64,000 nt of DNA. It comes from Bacillales bacterium (GTDB lineage: Bacteria; Bacillota_I; Bacilli_A; RFN20; CAG-826). Numbering within the stretch: position 1 is the first letter of the stretch; every line of letters begins with the position of its first letter. Positions 1 to 10,515 of this stretch are shown here, one piece after another. The stretch lies in assembly GCA_016290145.1 (NCBI GenBank), contig JAEESX010000001.1, forward strand, positions 2,900 through 66,899. The letters run 5' to 3'. Both the position numbers and the translations under genes were made by a program. Below the pieces are notes generated by a model that was not told the DNA's origin, searched no databases, and saw only the letters and a list, made by a program, of their open reading frames with translations.

Positions 1-255
1 ATATTTCTGAATGAGATTCATTTCTAAAACTAAAGCTTCTTTCTCATTCGCAGTAATAATGGTTTCAAAATAATCGACATTTTGTACCATCTTAAAAACC
101 TTACCAGATTGAGGTCTTAAGAAGTATTGACTCACCCTTTTGAACAAATCTTTGGCTTTGCCAACATAGATAATATTGTCGTCCTTATCATGCATTAAAT
201 AAACACCTGGTAAGTGTTTGAGATTAGCAATACAAGTTTTTACTTTCTCGGTCAT
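1..255 (-). CDS. uvrC: Excinuclease ABC subunit C, N-terminal GIY-YIG fragment (gene continues past window start)
   Basis: Reverse-complement of 1..255 translates MTEKVKTCIANLKHLPGVYLMHDKDDNIIYVGKAKDLFKRVSQYF..., matching the UvrC GIY-YIG consensus (PGVY.M.D....IYVGKAK.L..RV.SYF). The start ATG at 255..253 overlaps the mutS2 TGA stop by 4 nt (ATGA). Confidence 0.6.
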   Translation of the reverse strand, partial: MTEKVKTCIANLKHLPGVYLMHDKDDNIIYVGKAKDLFKRVSQYFLRPQSGKVFKMVQNVDYFETIITANEKEALVLEMNLIQKY

Positions 256-2594
256 TTAAAAATTACCACAGTAGCGCCACCGCCACCTTCGTTAGCGTCA
301 CCAGGACGATATTTACAATCTTTTTGTGTATCAAGATATTCTCTTGTCATCTTTCTTAAAGCACCGCTTCCATAGCCGTGAATAATACGGACTTGGTTGA
401 AGTGTTTAAGACGACAATTGTCGATGTATTTAATGAGTTCTTGTTTCGCTTCTTCAACACGTAATCCAATGATGTTAAGTTCTAAACCAACATTTAATCC
501 AAGGGAAATATCGAAAGTGTTTTGGCTCTTTCTGACATTGTTCACTCTTGGAGGATTGATCTTGTGAAGTTTGTCTTTGCTAATAGCAAAAGACATACCG
601 TTATCACCGATAACAATAGCTTTATTTTTTTCGATTTTGCTTATCCTACCATTCATATCATATGCAGGAATGGTCACATAATCGTTTTCTTTGAGTTCTT
701 CATTGTATGAGACAAGTTCTTGACTTTCTTCTAAATCTTCAATAGCGTGAAGTTTTTTATGGGCTTCTTGAAGTGTGGCGCCATCTTGTTTTAAGGAATC
801 AATGATTTCTCTAACTTCCTTTTTAGCCGCTTCTAAGATTTCTTCTTTTTCTTCGTTAACGCTTTCAAGGAGTTTTTCTCTTCTTGTTTTATATGCTTTT
901 TCGTCCGCATCTAACTTATTAGCGCGGTCATTATATTCTTTTTCTTTCTTCTTGAGTTCATTCTCAAGTTTATTCGCAGCATCTAATTTCTTTTGGAGAA
1001 TAGATATGAGTTCATTAGCATCATCTTTATTCTGACTCTTTAAGAAATCTTTTGCATATGCAACTATATCTTCATTAATGCCATATCTAGTGGCGACATC
1101 CAAAGCATAACTCATGCCAGGAGCACCTTGTCTAAATTGATATGTTGGAAGAAGTTTTTCTTCATCAAATATCATGGATGAGTTATCGATATGTTGACTT
1201 AAGAAAGCATATTCTTTTAACGCAGCGAAGTGGCTAGAGACCATCGCTAAGCAATGTTTGTCTTCTAAGTATTTAATAATGCTTAAGGCAAGGGCTTCAC
1301 CTTCTTTTGGATCAGTTCCTGTGCCTAATTCATCGATTAATAACAAATCTTTACCACCAATCTTTTGGGTGATTTCACCTAATTGATTCATGTGAGCGGA
1401 GAATGTTGATAAATTATCGCTTAATGATTGGTTATCACCAATATCAATATAGATATTTTTGAAGTATCCTAAGATTGCTTTCTTCGCTGGAACCGCTAAC
1501 CCACACTGATTCATCATAACGATGATACCAACAGTTTTTAAACTGACTGTTTTACCACCAGCATTTGGACCAGAAATAATGACGATTCTTTGTTCACTAT
1601 CTAAGTGATATGAATTGGCCACTACTTTATTTTTATCAATGAGTGGATGTCTTGCTTCTTCTAATGTGATGATTTGTTCAGCTTGGTTATCTGCAACTAC
1701 ACCGTCAATTTCATTAGCGTATAATCCTTTAGCGATTAAATAATCTAATTCACCAATAACTGCGTTGTTATGGATAATTTCTTTTTCTTGTAATAAGACT
1801 AATGCGGTTAATCCTTTTAGGATTCTTCTCACTTCATCGTTTTCTTCTACTTTTAAAGCGGTCAGTTGGTTATTGATTTGGACAATCTCCATAGGTTCGA
1901 TGAATGTGGTTGCTCCGCTATCAGAGACATCATAAACGATACCTAAGACTTTGCTCTTATCTACTGTTTTAACAGGTAAGACAAAATGACCATCTCTAAT
2001 TGTGGCGTTATCATCGTTTAAATATTTACTATAGGTAAATGCTAAAGAAGCAACCTTTTGTTGCAAGGAGTTCTCAGCTTTTCTAATCTTTTGACGGATT
2101 TCTTTTAATTCTGGTGTCGCGTTATCGCTAACAGTTAAGGAATTAGTAATAACTCTATGAATTTCTTTTTCTAAAGAAGATAAATCTTCAAAAGTAGAAA
2201 TCTTGCTCATAATACGTTCATATGAGACATCAATCTTAGCGACGAATTTGTTAATAGCTTGGCTAGTTAAAACATCATCCGCGATAAGGTTTAAATCTCT
2301 TGGAGTTAATAATCCAGTCTTCTTAGCGAGATCAATAAGGTATAAAGCATTCGCACTTGTGGCGATTGGCATAATACCAAATCTATTAATAATAGAAATC
2401 ATTTCATCCAAATCTAAAAGCGCTGCTTTCACATCCTCTTGTTTGGAAAACATCTTAAGGTTATCTATCTGTTCTCTCGCTAATTCTGTTTTTGCGTATT
2501 CTTTAATAGATTCTTGAATTTTATTGAATTCAAATGTCGAATAAATGTCTTGCATGCAAATATAATAACATACATACGCGAAATGCTTAATCAC
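252..2594 (-). CDS. mutS2: Endonuclease MutS2 (MutS ATPase plus C-terminal Smr domain)
   Basis: 780 aa ORF with Walker A GPNAGGKT, a MutS family V ATPase region and a C-terminal Smr-like domain. The true start is probably the internal MQDIYSTFEF (about 2555). TGA stop at 252..254. Confidence 0.9.
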   Translation of the reverse strand: MIKHFAYVCYYICMQDIYSTFEFNKIQESIKEYAKTELAREQIDNLKMFSKQEDVKAALLDLDEMISIINRFGIMPIATSANALYLIDLAKKTGLLTPRDLNLIADDVLTSQAINKFVAKIDVSYERIMSKISTFEDLSSLEKEIHRVITNSLTVSDNATPELKEIRQKIRKAENSLQQKVASLAFTYSKYLNDDNATIRDGHFVLPVKTVDKSKVLGIVYDVSDSGATTFIEPMEIVQINNQLTALKVEENDEVRRILKGLTALVLLQEKEIIHNNAVIGELDYLIAKGLYANEIDGVVADNQAEQIITLEEARHPLIDKNKVVANSYHLDSEQRIVIISGPNAGGKTVSLKTVGIIVMMNQCGLAVPAKKAILGYFKNIYIDIGDNQSLSDNLSTFSAHMNQLGEITQKIGGKDLLLIDELGTGTDPKEGEALALSIIKYLEDKHCLAMVSSHFAALKEYAFLSQHIDNSSMIFDEEKLLPTYQFRQGAPGMSYALDVATRYGINEDIVAYAKDFLKSQNKDDANELISILQKKLDAANKLENELKKKEKEYNDRANKLDADEKAYKTRREKLLESVNEEKEEILEAAKKEVREIIDSLKQDGATLQEAHKKLHAIEDLEESQELVSYNEELKENDYVTIPAYDMNGRISKIEKNKAIVIGDNGMSFAISKDKLHKINPPRVNNVRKSQNTFDISLGLNVGLELNIIGLRVEEAKQELIKYIDNCRLKHFNQVRIIHGYGSGALRKMTREYLDTQKDCKYRPGDANEGGGGATVVIFK

Positions 2595-2622
2595 GAATAA
2601 AAAATATGGTAAAGTATTTTAT

Positions 2623-3540
2623 ATGAAAGAAAATGTCACTATTACCGTAAACTCCACTTTAGTGGAAGTTATGAGAGACTACTACAAAGATTCTTTAGTT
2701 AATAATCAAGGTGAGTATGTCGATTTTCAAGCTACAAATAATGGTGTCATTATTACTGCTTATCTTTCAAAGAAAGAGAACAAAAAAGTGACATTCTTTG
2801 GTGATAATGCCTTATTAGAAGCGAAAATCTGGGATCCTGAAGTTGAGATTAAGGAAAAGAAAGAAACAGTCAAAGAAGGCTGGCTTTTCTATGGAGATCA
2901 AATCGGTAGCGACGAAGTCGGTGTCGGAGACTTCTTAGGCCCTATGATTGTGGTCGCTGCTTTTGTTAAGGAAAGTGACATCCATACACTTATTGAACTC
3001 GGCATCCATGATAGTAAGAAAATGAGTGATAAAAAGATCATGGAAATCGGCCCACAAATTGCAAAGCAATTTTCTAAGCAATATTCCAAATTAACACTCA
3101 CAAATGAAAAATATAATGAGATGCTCGATAAAGGTGAAAACCTCAATTCTATGAAAGCTAAGATGCATAATAGAGCATTGCTCAATATGCATAAAGAATA
3201 TATAGATGTTTTAAACATCTTCGTTGATCAATTTGTCGCGGAAAAAACATATTACAAATATCTTAACGATGCGAACGAAGAACAAGTCAAAGACATCACA
3301 TTTAGAACAAAAGGTGAATCCTATTTCCCATGCGTTGCACTTGCCAGCGTGATTGCGAGATATTCCTATCTCAAAGAGATGGAAAGATTATCAGAAAAAT
3401 ACGGAATGGATTTTCCATTTGGTGCGAGTAAAAAAGTCACCGAATTCGCTAAGAGATTCTTAGAAAAATACGGCGAAGAAGAATTATATAAAGTCGCAAA
3501 GAAAAACTTCGCTAATTACAACGAAGTTCTTGGAAAATAA
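2623..3540 (+). CDS. rnhC: Ribonuclease HIII
   Basis: 305 aa. An N-terminal roughly 85-aa extra domain precedes the catalytic motif DEVGVGDFLGPMIVVAAF (HIII-type DE.G.G). Length and architecture fit HIII rather than HII. Divergent from mutS2. Confidence 0.8.
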   Translation: MKENVTITVNSTLVEVMRDYYKDSLVNNQGEYVDFQATNNGVIITAYLSKKENKKVTFFGDNALLEAKIWDPEVEIKEKKETVKEGWLFYGDQIGSDEVGVGDFLGPMIVVAAFVKESDIHTLIELGIHDSKKMSDKKIMEIGPQIAKQFSKQYSKLTLTNEKYNEMLDKGENLNSMKAKMHNRALLNMHKEYIDVLNIFVDQFVAEKTYYKYLNDANEEQVKDITFRTKGESYFPCVALASVIARYSYLKEMERLSEKYGMDFPFGASKKVTEFAKRFLEKYGEEELYKVAKKNFANYNEVLGK

Positions 3541-3541
3541 T

Positions 3542-4447
3542 TTATTCTAAATTATTGATTATATTTTGGAAGTAATCAGGGAGTTTGGTTTCAAACTCCA
3601 TTTCTTTTTTGCTGCGTGGGTGAATCAATCTTAATTTCACCGCAGTGAGAAGTTGACCACCATCATATAACTTCTTGTAGTTTCTACCACCATATAATGG
3701 ATCACCTTCTACAGGATATCCAATATGAGACAAGTGCACTCTAATTTGATGTGTTCTACCTGTCACTAAGTGACATTCAATTAATGTATTATCAGCGTAT
3801 CTTTCTAATACATCGAAGTTTGTAATCGCATCTTTAGAGTTATTACGAGTGACCGCCATCTTTTGACGATTTCTTTCATCTCTACCAATTGGCATGTTAA
3901 TTGTGCCATGGTTTTCTTTAATAACGCCTCTCACTAAAGCCACATATGTTCTGCTCATTGTGTGATCTTTAAGTTGCTCGGCAAGGAAATTGTGCGCGGT
4001 ATCATTTTTTGCTACGCAAATAAGGCCAGAAGTATCTTTATCAATACGATGGACAATACCAGGTCTAATTACACCATTGATACCGCTTAAATCTTTACAG
4101 TGATGCATAATCGCATTCACTAATGTATGTTCCCAATGTCCATTTGATGGATGGACAACAAGTCCTTGAGGTTTATCGATAATGAGAATGTCTTCATCCT
4201 CATAAATGATATTTAATGGGATGTCTTCTTCTTTGACATCAAGAGGTTTATCTTCAGGAATATCAATTGAAATGACGTCTCCGGGTTTAACCTTTAATGA
4301 TGCTTTGGCGGGTTTATCATTCACAAAGCAATTTCCGTCATCGATTAATTTAGAGATATAGTTTCTAGATTTATCACATAGAAAAGCGACCAGAACTTTA
4401 TCTAGTCGCAAATTGTTTTGGCTTTCTTTAACGATAAACTTTTCCAT
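3542..4447 (-). CDS. rluD: 23S rRNA pseudouridine synthase, RluA/RluD family
   Basis: 301 aa with an N-terminal S4-like region and the catalytic motif HRIDKDTSGL. Conserved ileS-lspA-rluD gene order. Confidence 0.85.
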   Translation of the reverse strand: MEKFIVKESQNNLRLDKVLVAFLCDKSRNYISKLIDDGNCFVNDKPAKASLKVKPGDVISIDIPEDKPLDVKEEDIPLNIIYEDEDILIIDKPQGLVVHPSNGHWEHTLVNAIMHHCKDLSGINGVIRPGIVHRIDKDTSGLICVAKNDTAHNFLAEQLKDHTMSRTYVALVRGVIKENHGTINMPIGRDERNRQKMAVTRNNSKDAITNFDVLERYADNTLIECHLVTGRTHQIRVHLSHIGYPVEGDPLYGGRNYKKLYDGGQLLTAVKLRLIHPRSKKEMEFETKLPDYFQNIINNLE

Positions 4448-4458
4448 TGAATAATTAA

Positions 4459-5163
4459 TTATTCACCATCGACACCGTGCATGTCTTCTTCTTCGTCGAG
4501 GTCTTCGTCAGCGGCACCTTCACCTTCAAGTCTAGAGATTTCTTCTTTAGATAAAACTTTGCCACCTGTTTGTTCTACTTCGGCTTTTCTCTTTGCCTTT
4601 GTCGTTTTAACCTCATCAACGATTAAGTAGATGATCATCATAATGACACCGATAACAACGCAGGCATCAGCAATATTGAATGTGAATGGCCAAATGACTT
4701 GGAAGTCAATCCAGTCGACAACACCATTGAGATGTTCGCTTCCATGTAAGAAATCAGCGCTATAGAATAAACGGTCAATTAAGTTACCTAAAGCACCTGT
4801 TGCGATAAGCATTAAACAAGCTTTGACAACGCCGTGTAATTTCTTATATTTCCAAACGAAGATTGTGACAATGATAGTAAAGCCGCAGAAAGCGACAATG
4901 CTATAGAAGATTCTATTAGCTAAAGCACTACCAACGCCGAATGAGAATGCGGCATTTGTATTAATGACATATGTAATAGCTAAGAATGGTTTGTCTGCAA
5001 TCCAGGAAGGAATGAGAACGATTGATTGATTTTCAGCGAGGTTTCTCACAACACATTGTTTGGTAATAATATCTGTAGCAATAAAGATAATGAATAACCA
5101 AATGTAAGAATGTAAGAACCAATTAAGTCCTTTTAGGACTTTGCCCCAAAATTCATTTTTCAT
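4459..5163 (-). CDS. lspA: Lipoprotein signal peptidase (signal peptidase II) with an unusual acidic C-terminal tail
   Basis: Four-TM core with the conserved FNIADACVVIGVIMMI motif and Asn/Asp catalytic positions. About 45 extra acidic residues at the C-terminus (EDLDEEEDMHGVDGE). Sits immediately downstream of ileS as in most Firmicutes. Confidence 0.85.
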   Translation of the reverse strand: MKNEFWGKVLKGLNWFLHSYIWLFIIFIATDIITKQCVVRNLAENQSIVLIPSWIADKPFLAITYVINTNAAFSFGVGSALANRIFYSIVAFCGFTIIVTIFVWKYKKLHGVVKACLMLIATGALGNLIDRLFYSADFLHGSEHLNGVVDWIDFQVIWPFTFNIADACVVIGVIMMIIYLIVDEVKTTKAKRKAEVEQTGGKVLSKEEISRLEGEGAADEDLDEEEDMHGVDGE

Positions 5164-5164
5164 T

Positions 5165-7918
5165 TTATTTACCTACGACTTTCTGGCAGCGTTTGCATAA
5201 GTATGTGCCATCTTCTTGAAGGACTGCATCATCTTCATAATTCCAGCAGCGTTCACAGAAGTGACCAGCATGTCTTAAGACTTTCACTTTTGCCACGGTT
5301 AATTCAGGTGCATCTAAGTCTTCTTTTAATACAACTTCACTGACCACAAAAATCTTTGCGAGTTGTTCTGCGTTAATTTGACTTAATAATGCATCATATT
5401 GTTCTTTTTCATTAACAATCGCTAATTCGACTTTAGCTTCTTGGCTAGAACCGATAACTTTGTTATTTCTTGCTTCTTCTAGGCATTTTAAGACGTCAGC
5501 ACGGAGATTCTTGAGTAATTGATATTCCGCTTCGATTTTTGCTTCCTTATCGCCTCTAATGCGGTGTTTTGGATAATCAAGGAATTGAACATTCTTTTCT
5601 CTTCTGCCTGGAAGGTTGTTATTAAATTCATCCATTGTAAATGGAAGGATTGGATTGAGTAATCTTAATAAGACTTCACCAATACGATATAAGGCGGTTT
5701 GAACTTGAAGTCTTCTCATGCTATCTTTACCTTCGCAATATAAGACGTCTTTGTTGATATCTAAATAGAAGGAAGATAAATCAGCGGACATAAATGTCAT
5801 AATCGCACTGATTGCGCTACTAAAGTCATATTTATCGAATGAATCGATAACGAAGTTTGTGACTTCATCAAGTTTATTTAAAATGAACAAGTCAACTTTC
5901 TCAAAAGTTGTGACTGATTTGACTGGTTCGAAATCCGCTAAGTTCCAAGAGATGAACTTTAAGGTGTTTCTAATCTTACGATATTGATCAGCGATTTGTT
6001 TGATTAAGTTATCACCGATACGGACGTCTTGTTGGTAATCAACACTAGCAACCCAAAGTCTTAAAATATCTGCACCATAGACATTAGCGATCTTGCTTGG
6101 GTCAACGCCGTTACCTTTAGATTTGTGCATTTGTTCACCGTGTTCATCTAAAACCCAACCATGGCTGACAACAGCCTTGTATGGAGCTTTATCTTCTGTC
6201 GCAACAGAAACGATTAAGCTGGAGTTGAACCAACCTCTATATTGGTCACTACCTTCGAGATATAAATCGGATGGATAAGAGATGCCTCTACCTTGTAAGA
6301 CACCAGCCCATGAGGAGCCACTGTCGAACCAGACATCCATGATGTCGTTTTCTTTGGTAAATTCACCATTAGGTGAATGAGCATTCTTATATCCCTCTGG
6401 TAATAATTCTTTGGCGGTCTTTTCATACCAAATGTTACTACCATTTTCTCTAAAGAGTTTAGCAACGTGGTCAAAGACTTCTTTTTCGATGATTGGTGTG
6501 CCATCTTCCGCATAGAAGATTGGGATTGGGACACCCCATGCTCTTTGACGGGAAATACACCAGTCAGCACGGTCTTTAATCATATTAACCATTCTTGTTT
6601 CACCCCAAGCTGGGTACCATTTTGTATCGTGAATGATCTTAAGAGTTTCTTCTCTAATTGGTTCGATTGAGCAGAACCATTGATTTGTTGCTCTAAAGAT
6701 TAATGGTTTACCTGTTCTCCAGTCATGTGGATAGGAGTGAACGAATGTTGTGTGTTTTAATAATGAACCATTTTCTTCAATGATTTTAAGGACCGCATCG
6801 TTTGCTTGTTCATAGAACAAACCTTCGATTCCTTCGCCTGTTCCTTCCATCATATAGCCGTGTTCATCAACAGGGCAGTATGGTTCTAAACCTTTTCCTG
6901 GGTATTTTAAGCAGACTTGATAGTCTTCCACACCATGTCCAGGAGCGGTATGGACTAAACCGGTACCAGCATCGTTTGTGACGTGAGTACCAACGATAAC
7001 TAAGGAATCACGATCATAGAATGGATGTTTGCAGACGACAAATTCTAAATCGCTACCTTTAATTGTCTTTAATAATTTAATTTCGCCTAAATCTAATTCT
7101 TCAGTTAACTTTTCAGCGAATTCTTGAAGGAAAACAAGTTTTCCTTTATTTGTCATATATTCACCATAGACAAAGTCTGGGTGAGCGGAGATTGCTAAGT
7201 TAGCAGGAAGTGTCCAAGGAGTTGTTGTCCAAATAACAAATCTTGCATCGTTATCCACAACACCTTTGCCGTCTCTTACTGGGAATGCGACATAGATTGA
7301 ATGGGATGTGACATCCTTGTATTCAATTTCTGCTTCCGCTAAGGCGGATTCACTACTTGGAGACCAATAAACTGGTTTTAATCCTTTATAGATAAGTCCT
7401 CTTAATGCCATCTTGGCGAAGACTTCGATTTGTTTAGCTTCGAATTCTTTTTGAAGAGTTAAGTATGGATGATCAAAATCACCAACTAAGCCTAATCTTC
7501 TAATTTGCTCCTTTTGTCTTTCAACTTGCTTATGAGCGTATTCTTCACATTTCTTACGGAATTCCGCGATTGGTGTGGTTTTTCTATTAACACCAGATTT
7601 TGTGACTTGGTTTTCAATTGGAAGACCATGTGTATCCCAGCCAAAAACAAATGGTGTCTTATAGCCTTGCATATTCTTATAACGCACGACAAAGTCCTTA
7701 AGGACTCTATTGAGCATATGACCACAGTGCATATCACCGTTTGCGTATGGAGGACCATCATGTAAAACAAATTCAATCGCATCCTTACGGTTACGATTCA
7801 TTTCTTCGTATAAATTTTCTGCTTTCCATTTTTCCACTAAGACAGGTTCTTTTTGTGCGAGGTTACCACGCATTTCGAAGTTTGTCTTAAGCATCAATAA
7901 TGTATCTTTATAATCCAT
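5165..7918 (-). CDS. ileS: Isoleucyl-tRNA synthetase
   Basis: 917 aa class I aaRS with a HIGH-type motif (PYANGDMHCGHM) and a KMSKS-type motif (QMHKSKGN). C-terminal Cys cluster CERC...CKRC forms a zinc finger. Confidence 0.95.
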   Translation of the reverse strand: MDYKDTLLMLKTNFEMRGNLAQKEPVLVEKWKAENLYEEMNRNRKDAIEFVLHDGPPYANGDMHCGHMLNRVLKDFVVRYKNMQGYKTPFVFGWDTHGLPIENQVTKSGVNRKTTPIAEFRKKCEEYAHKQVERQKEQIRRLGLVGDFDHPYLTLQKEFEAKQIEVFAKMALRGLIYKGLKPVYWSPSSESALAEAEIEYKDVTSHSIYVAFPVRDGKGVVDNDARFVIWTTTPWTLPANLAISAHPDFVYGEYMTNKGKLVFLQEFAEKLTEELDLGEIKLLKTIKGSDLEFVVCKHPFYDRDSLVIVGTHVTNDAGTGLVHTAPGHGVEDYQVCLKYPGKGLEPYCPVDEHGYMMEGTGEGIEGLFYEQANDAVLKIIEENGSLLKHTTFVHSYPHDWRTGKPLIFRATNQWFCSIEPIREETLKIIHDTKWYPAWGETRMVNMIKDRADWCISRQRAWGVPIPIFYAEDGTPIIEKEVFDHVAKLFRENGSNIWYEKTAKELLPEGYKNAHSPNGEFTKENDIMDVWFDSGSSWAGVLQGRGISYPSDLYLEGSDQYRGWFNSSLIVSVATEDKAPYKAVVSHGWVLDEHGEQMHKSKGNGVDPSKIANVYGADILRLWVASVDYQQDVRIGDNLIKQIADQYRKIRNTLKFISWNLADFEPVKSVTTFEKVDLFILNKLDEVTNFVIDSFDKYDFSSAISAIMTFMSADLSSFYLDINKDVLYCEGKDSMRRLQVQTALYRIGEVLLRLLNPILPFTMDEFNNNLPGRREKNVQFLDYPKHRIRGDKEAKIEAEYQLLKNLRADVLKCLEEARNNKVIGSSQEAKVELAIVNEKEQYDALLSQINAEQLAKIFVVSEVVLKEDLDAPELTVAKVKVLRHAGHFCERCWNYEDDAVLQEDGTYLCKRCQKVVGK

Positions 7919-7987
7919 AGAGCATAACTCCTTTTATAACAAGCTTATGAGCATCTGAGCCCATACGGATTTATTTTCGCACAAAAT

Positions 7988-8020
7988 ACGAAAATAAAAA
8001 AGAGCGAGTTTCCCCGCTCT
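7988..8020 (-). terminator. Rho-independent terminator downstream of ftsZ
   Basis: Minus-strand stem AGAGCG(8001-8006)/CGCTCT(8015-8020) with an 8-nt loop, followed by a U-tract (complement of aaaataaaaa at 7991-8000). Confidence 0.5.
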
Positions 8021-8038
8021 AATTATTTTATAAATTAA

Positions 8039-9160
8039 TTAGTCTCTTAAGAAGCTTGGTAAGATGCTGTCATCAGTGATTGATGTTTCTTCTTTCTTGG
8101 CTTCTTGAGGTTGCTCGCCAAATTCTGGAACATCTGGTGTCTTGAAGACTTCTTCGTGTTCGTTTCTGCTTGGAACTTGGAAGACGCTTGGTTTAGAGAA
8201 GTCAACTTCTTCTTCAAAGTCACTGGCGATCACGCTAACTAAGATTTCATCATCTAATTGATCGTTAATTGCCACACCGAATTTGACATCGATATCATGA
8301 CCAGATGCATCAATTAATAGGTTAACAGTTTCTTGGGCATCGAATAAGCTAACGTTTGGTCCACATGTGACGGAAACGATCGCTCTTCTTGCACCTGTAA
8401 TGGATGCTTCAAGTAATGGAGAAGAGAGCGCTGCGTTAGCGGCATCTTTTGCTCTATTGTTACCAGAACCCATACCGAATCCGATTAAGGAAACACCGGC
8501 ATCTTTTAATGTATTTCTCACATCAGCGAAGTCTAAGTTAATGACTGCTGGTAAGAGAATTAAGTTAACAACTGTTTTAACAGATTGTGCTAAGACGTTA
8601 TCAGAATCATTGAAGGCTTGGCTGATTGGAGCGTTGCCACTTGTCATCAATAATTTATCGTTGCTAACAACGATAATGCTATCGACGTTGTTTCTGAGTT
8701 TATTTAAGCCATCGATGGAGTTAACAACACGTTTTTTACCTTCAAAGGTAAATGGTCTTGTGACAATAGCGATAACTAATGCACCGGCATCTCTAGCAAT
8801 CTTAGCGATAACTGGAGCAGCACCTGTACCTGTACCACCGCCCATACCTGCGGCAACGAAGACCATGTTTGCGTCTTTCACAATTTCTTTAATTGTGTCA
8901 GCACTTGCTTCTGCGGCCTTTTCACCGATTTCTGGTTCGCCACCTGCACCTAAACCACCAGTAATGGATTCACCTAAGATGATTCTGTTGGTGGCCTTGC
9001 TGGTTGAAAGGGCTTGTTTATCTGTGTTAGCAACAAAGAATTCAACGTTTTGAATTTCTTCATCAATCATACGATTGACGGCGTTATTTCCTGCACCGCC
9101 AACACCAATAACAACTATTTTCGCTGCTGGTTCGAAATTATCTAAATCGTAATTTTCCAT
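8039..9160 (-). CDS. ftsZ: Cell division GTPase FtsZ
   Basis: Tubulin signature GMGGGTGTGAAP, N-terminal GVGGAGNNAVNRM, disordered C-terminal tail. Confidence 0.95.
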   Translation of the reverse strand: MENYDLDNFEPAAKIVVIGVGGAGNNAVNRMIDEEIQNVEFFVANTDKQALSTSKATNRIILGESITGGLGAGGEPEIGEKAAEASADTIKEIVKDANMVFVAAGMGGGTGTGAAPVIAKIARDAGALVIAIVTRPFTFEGKKRVVNSIDGLNKLRNNVDSIIVVSNDKLLMTSGNAPISQAFNDSDNVLAQSVKTVVNLILLPAVINLDFADVRNTLKDAGVSLIGFGMGSGNNRAKDAANAALSSPLLEASITGARRAIVSVTCGPNVSLFDAQETVNLLIDASGHDIDVKFGVAINDQLDDEILVSVIASDFEEEVDFSKPSVFQVPSRNEHEEVFKTPDVPEFGEQPQEAKKEETSITDDSILPSFLRD

Positions 9161-9174
9161 AGTTGTCTTTCCTC

Positions 9175-10377
9175 CTATTTATTTGGCTCGCGTTGTAATT
9201 GGCCAACGCGTGGATGTGTTTCGTCATACACATTTGGGTATCTGCTATTAGCAATGATCATGCCTAAGCAGTTTGTGAATGTTGGATTTCTCGCTCCTAA
9301 TGAACGAGGAGCAACAGCTTTCACTGTTTCAGATTGAACCTTTGGTTCAACGAATTCGATTAATCCATTTAAGCGGCTGCCTCCACCGATGAGAATCATT
9401 GGTAAGGCTTTAGATGAACTATCATATGGTTTTAATAATTCATCGATTGCGCCATTAAGTTGTTTAACGAATAGATCTAATTCATTTTTAATGATGGCGT
9501 TGAGCTCATCTGTATAATGTTTAACTTCGTTACCTTCACCATCATCTGTAATACAGACAGGGGCTTTGAAGTTCATTTCGCGTTTATCGATGCCGTATGT
9601 AATCTTGTACTTTTCAGCATCGGCTTCGTTGATGTTGAATGATTCAACGATTCTTTCAGTAATTCTATCTCCACCCCATTCGAAGAATCTGGAAGCGAAG
9701 AGTTCTTTATCGCCTACGAGTGACACGGTTGTGATATTTGAACCTATGTCTACGAGTATGTAGTCGCTAGGTATGTCTTCGTATGTGCTTAATAATTCTG
9801 CGGCTGCGAATGGCGCGACGACAGAACGTTTAATGCTAAGTCCACCAGCGGTCATTGCGGCTTTGAATTCACCACTAATACGTTTAGGTAATGTGTGTAC
9901 CTTCGCGAATACTGTAAGTGTGCTACTAGTTTCATTTAGTGGAGGTTTCAAGAATGAACGACCTTGGTCTAATACATATCTTTGTGGTGCGACATCAATG
10001 AGTTGGTTCTCAAGTGGTAAGGCACCATTTTTGATTAAGGAATAGATATTTTTAATATCTAAGTTACCAATCTTTGCTTCGTCAGAAATAACTGTAGTTA
10101 CTTGTTTGGTCTCAAAGATTTCTAAACCAAATGGAGGCAAGCAAAGAAGGGCTTCGGAAATGGAAACTTTTAGTTTAGCGGATGGATCAGAAAATTTACG
10201 CACGTCTGCGATCGCTTGGGCGAGTTTTTGTTGATTGGTAACACTACCTGCTTCGACGATGTGCCCATAAGGTTTTGTGAGTGCATAAAGGACATAGACT
10301 TTACCGTCTAGTTCATATCCCACGACAAGTTTAATTTTCTTGCTTCCAAATTCAATTGCTGCTACGTATTTTTCCAT
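9175..10377 (-). CDS. ftsA: Cell division protein FtsA
   Basis: 400 aa actin-like ATPase (IGGGSRLNGL adenosine motif) immediately upstream of ftsZ. Confidence 0.85.
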   Translation of the reverse strand: MEKYVAAIEFGSKKIKLVVGYELDGKVYVLYALTKPYGHIVEAGSVTNQQKLAQAIADVRKFSDPSAKLKVSISEALLCLPPFGLEIFETKQVTTVISDEAKIGNLDIKNIYSLIKNGALPLENQLIDVAPQRYVLDQGRSFLKPPLNETSSTLTVFAKVHTLPKRISGEFKAAMTAGGLSIKRSVVAPFAAAELLSTYEDIPSDYILVDIGSNITTVSLVGDKELFASRFFEWGGDRITERIVESFNINEADAEKYKITYGIDKREMNFKAPVCITDDGEGNEVKHYTDELNAIIKNELDLFVKQLNGAIDELLKPYDSSSKALPMILIGGGSRLNGLIEFVEPKVQSETVKAVAPRSLGARNPTFTNCLGMIIANSRYPNVYDETHPRVGQLQREPNK

Positions 10378-10515
10378 AATCTTTTACCAATCAAGGTTAT
10401 TTTAATAACTTACAAATGAATATACAAGAATTAACAATATATGTTAATAAAAAAGTAGTTATTTTCGTAAAAACTACTATTTAACTACTATTTTTGTACT
10501 ATTTCTTCCGAAGAA

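Noticed and set aside
252-255. ATGA overlap between the mutS2 stop and the uvrC start.
   Set aside because: A common form of translational coupling, not unusual.
8367-9053. 228-aa plus-strand ORF antisense to ftsZ. Similar long antisense ORFs lie at 9773..10045 in ftsA, 11022..11426 in rsmH, 13199..13495 and 13886..14191 in pheT, and 2203..2517 in mutS2.
   Set aside because: These are low-complexity translations rich in Ala, Ser and Leu, typical of the reverse strand of Gly/Ala-rich or highly expressed genes. They have no start or RBS context. The sense-strand genes are unambiguous conserved housekeeping genes.
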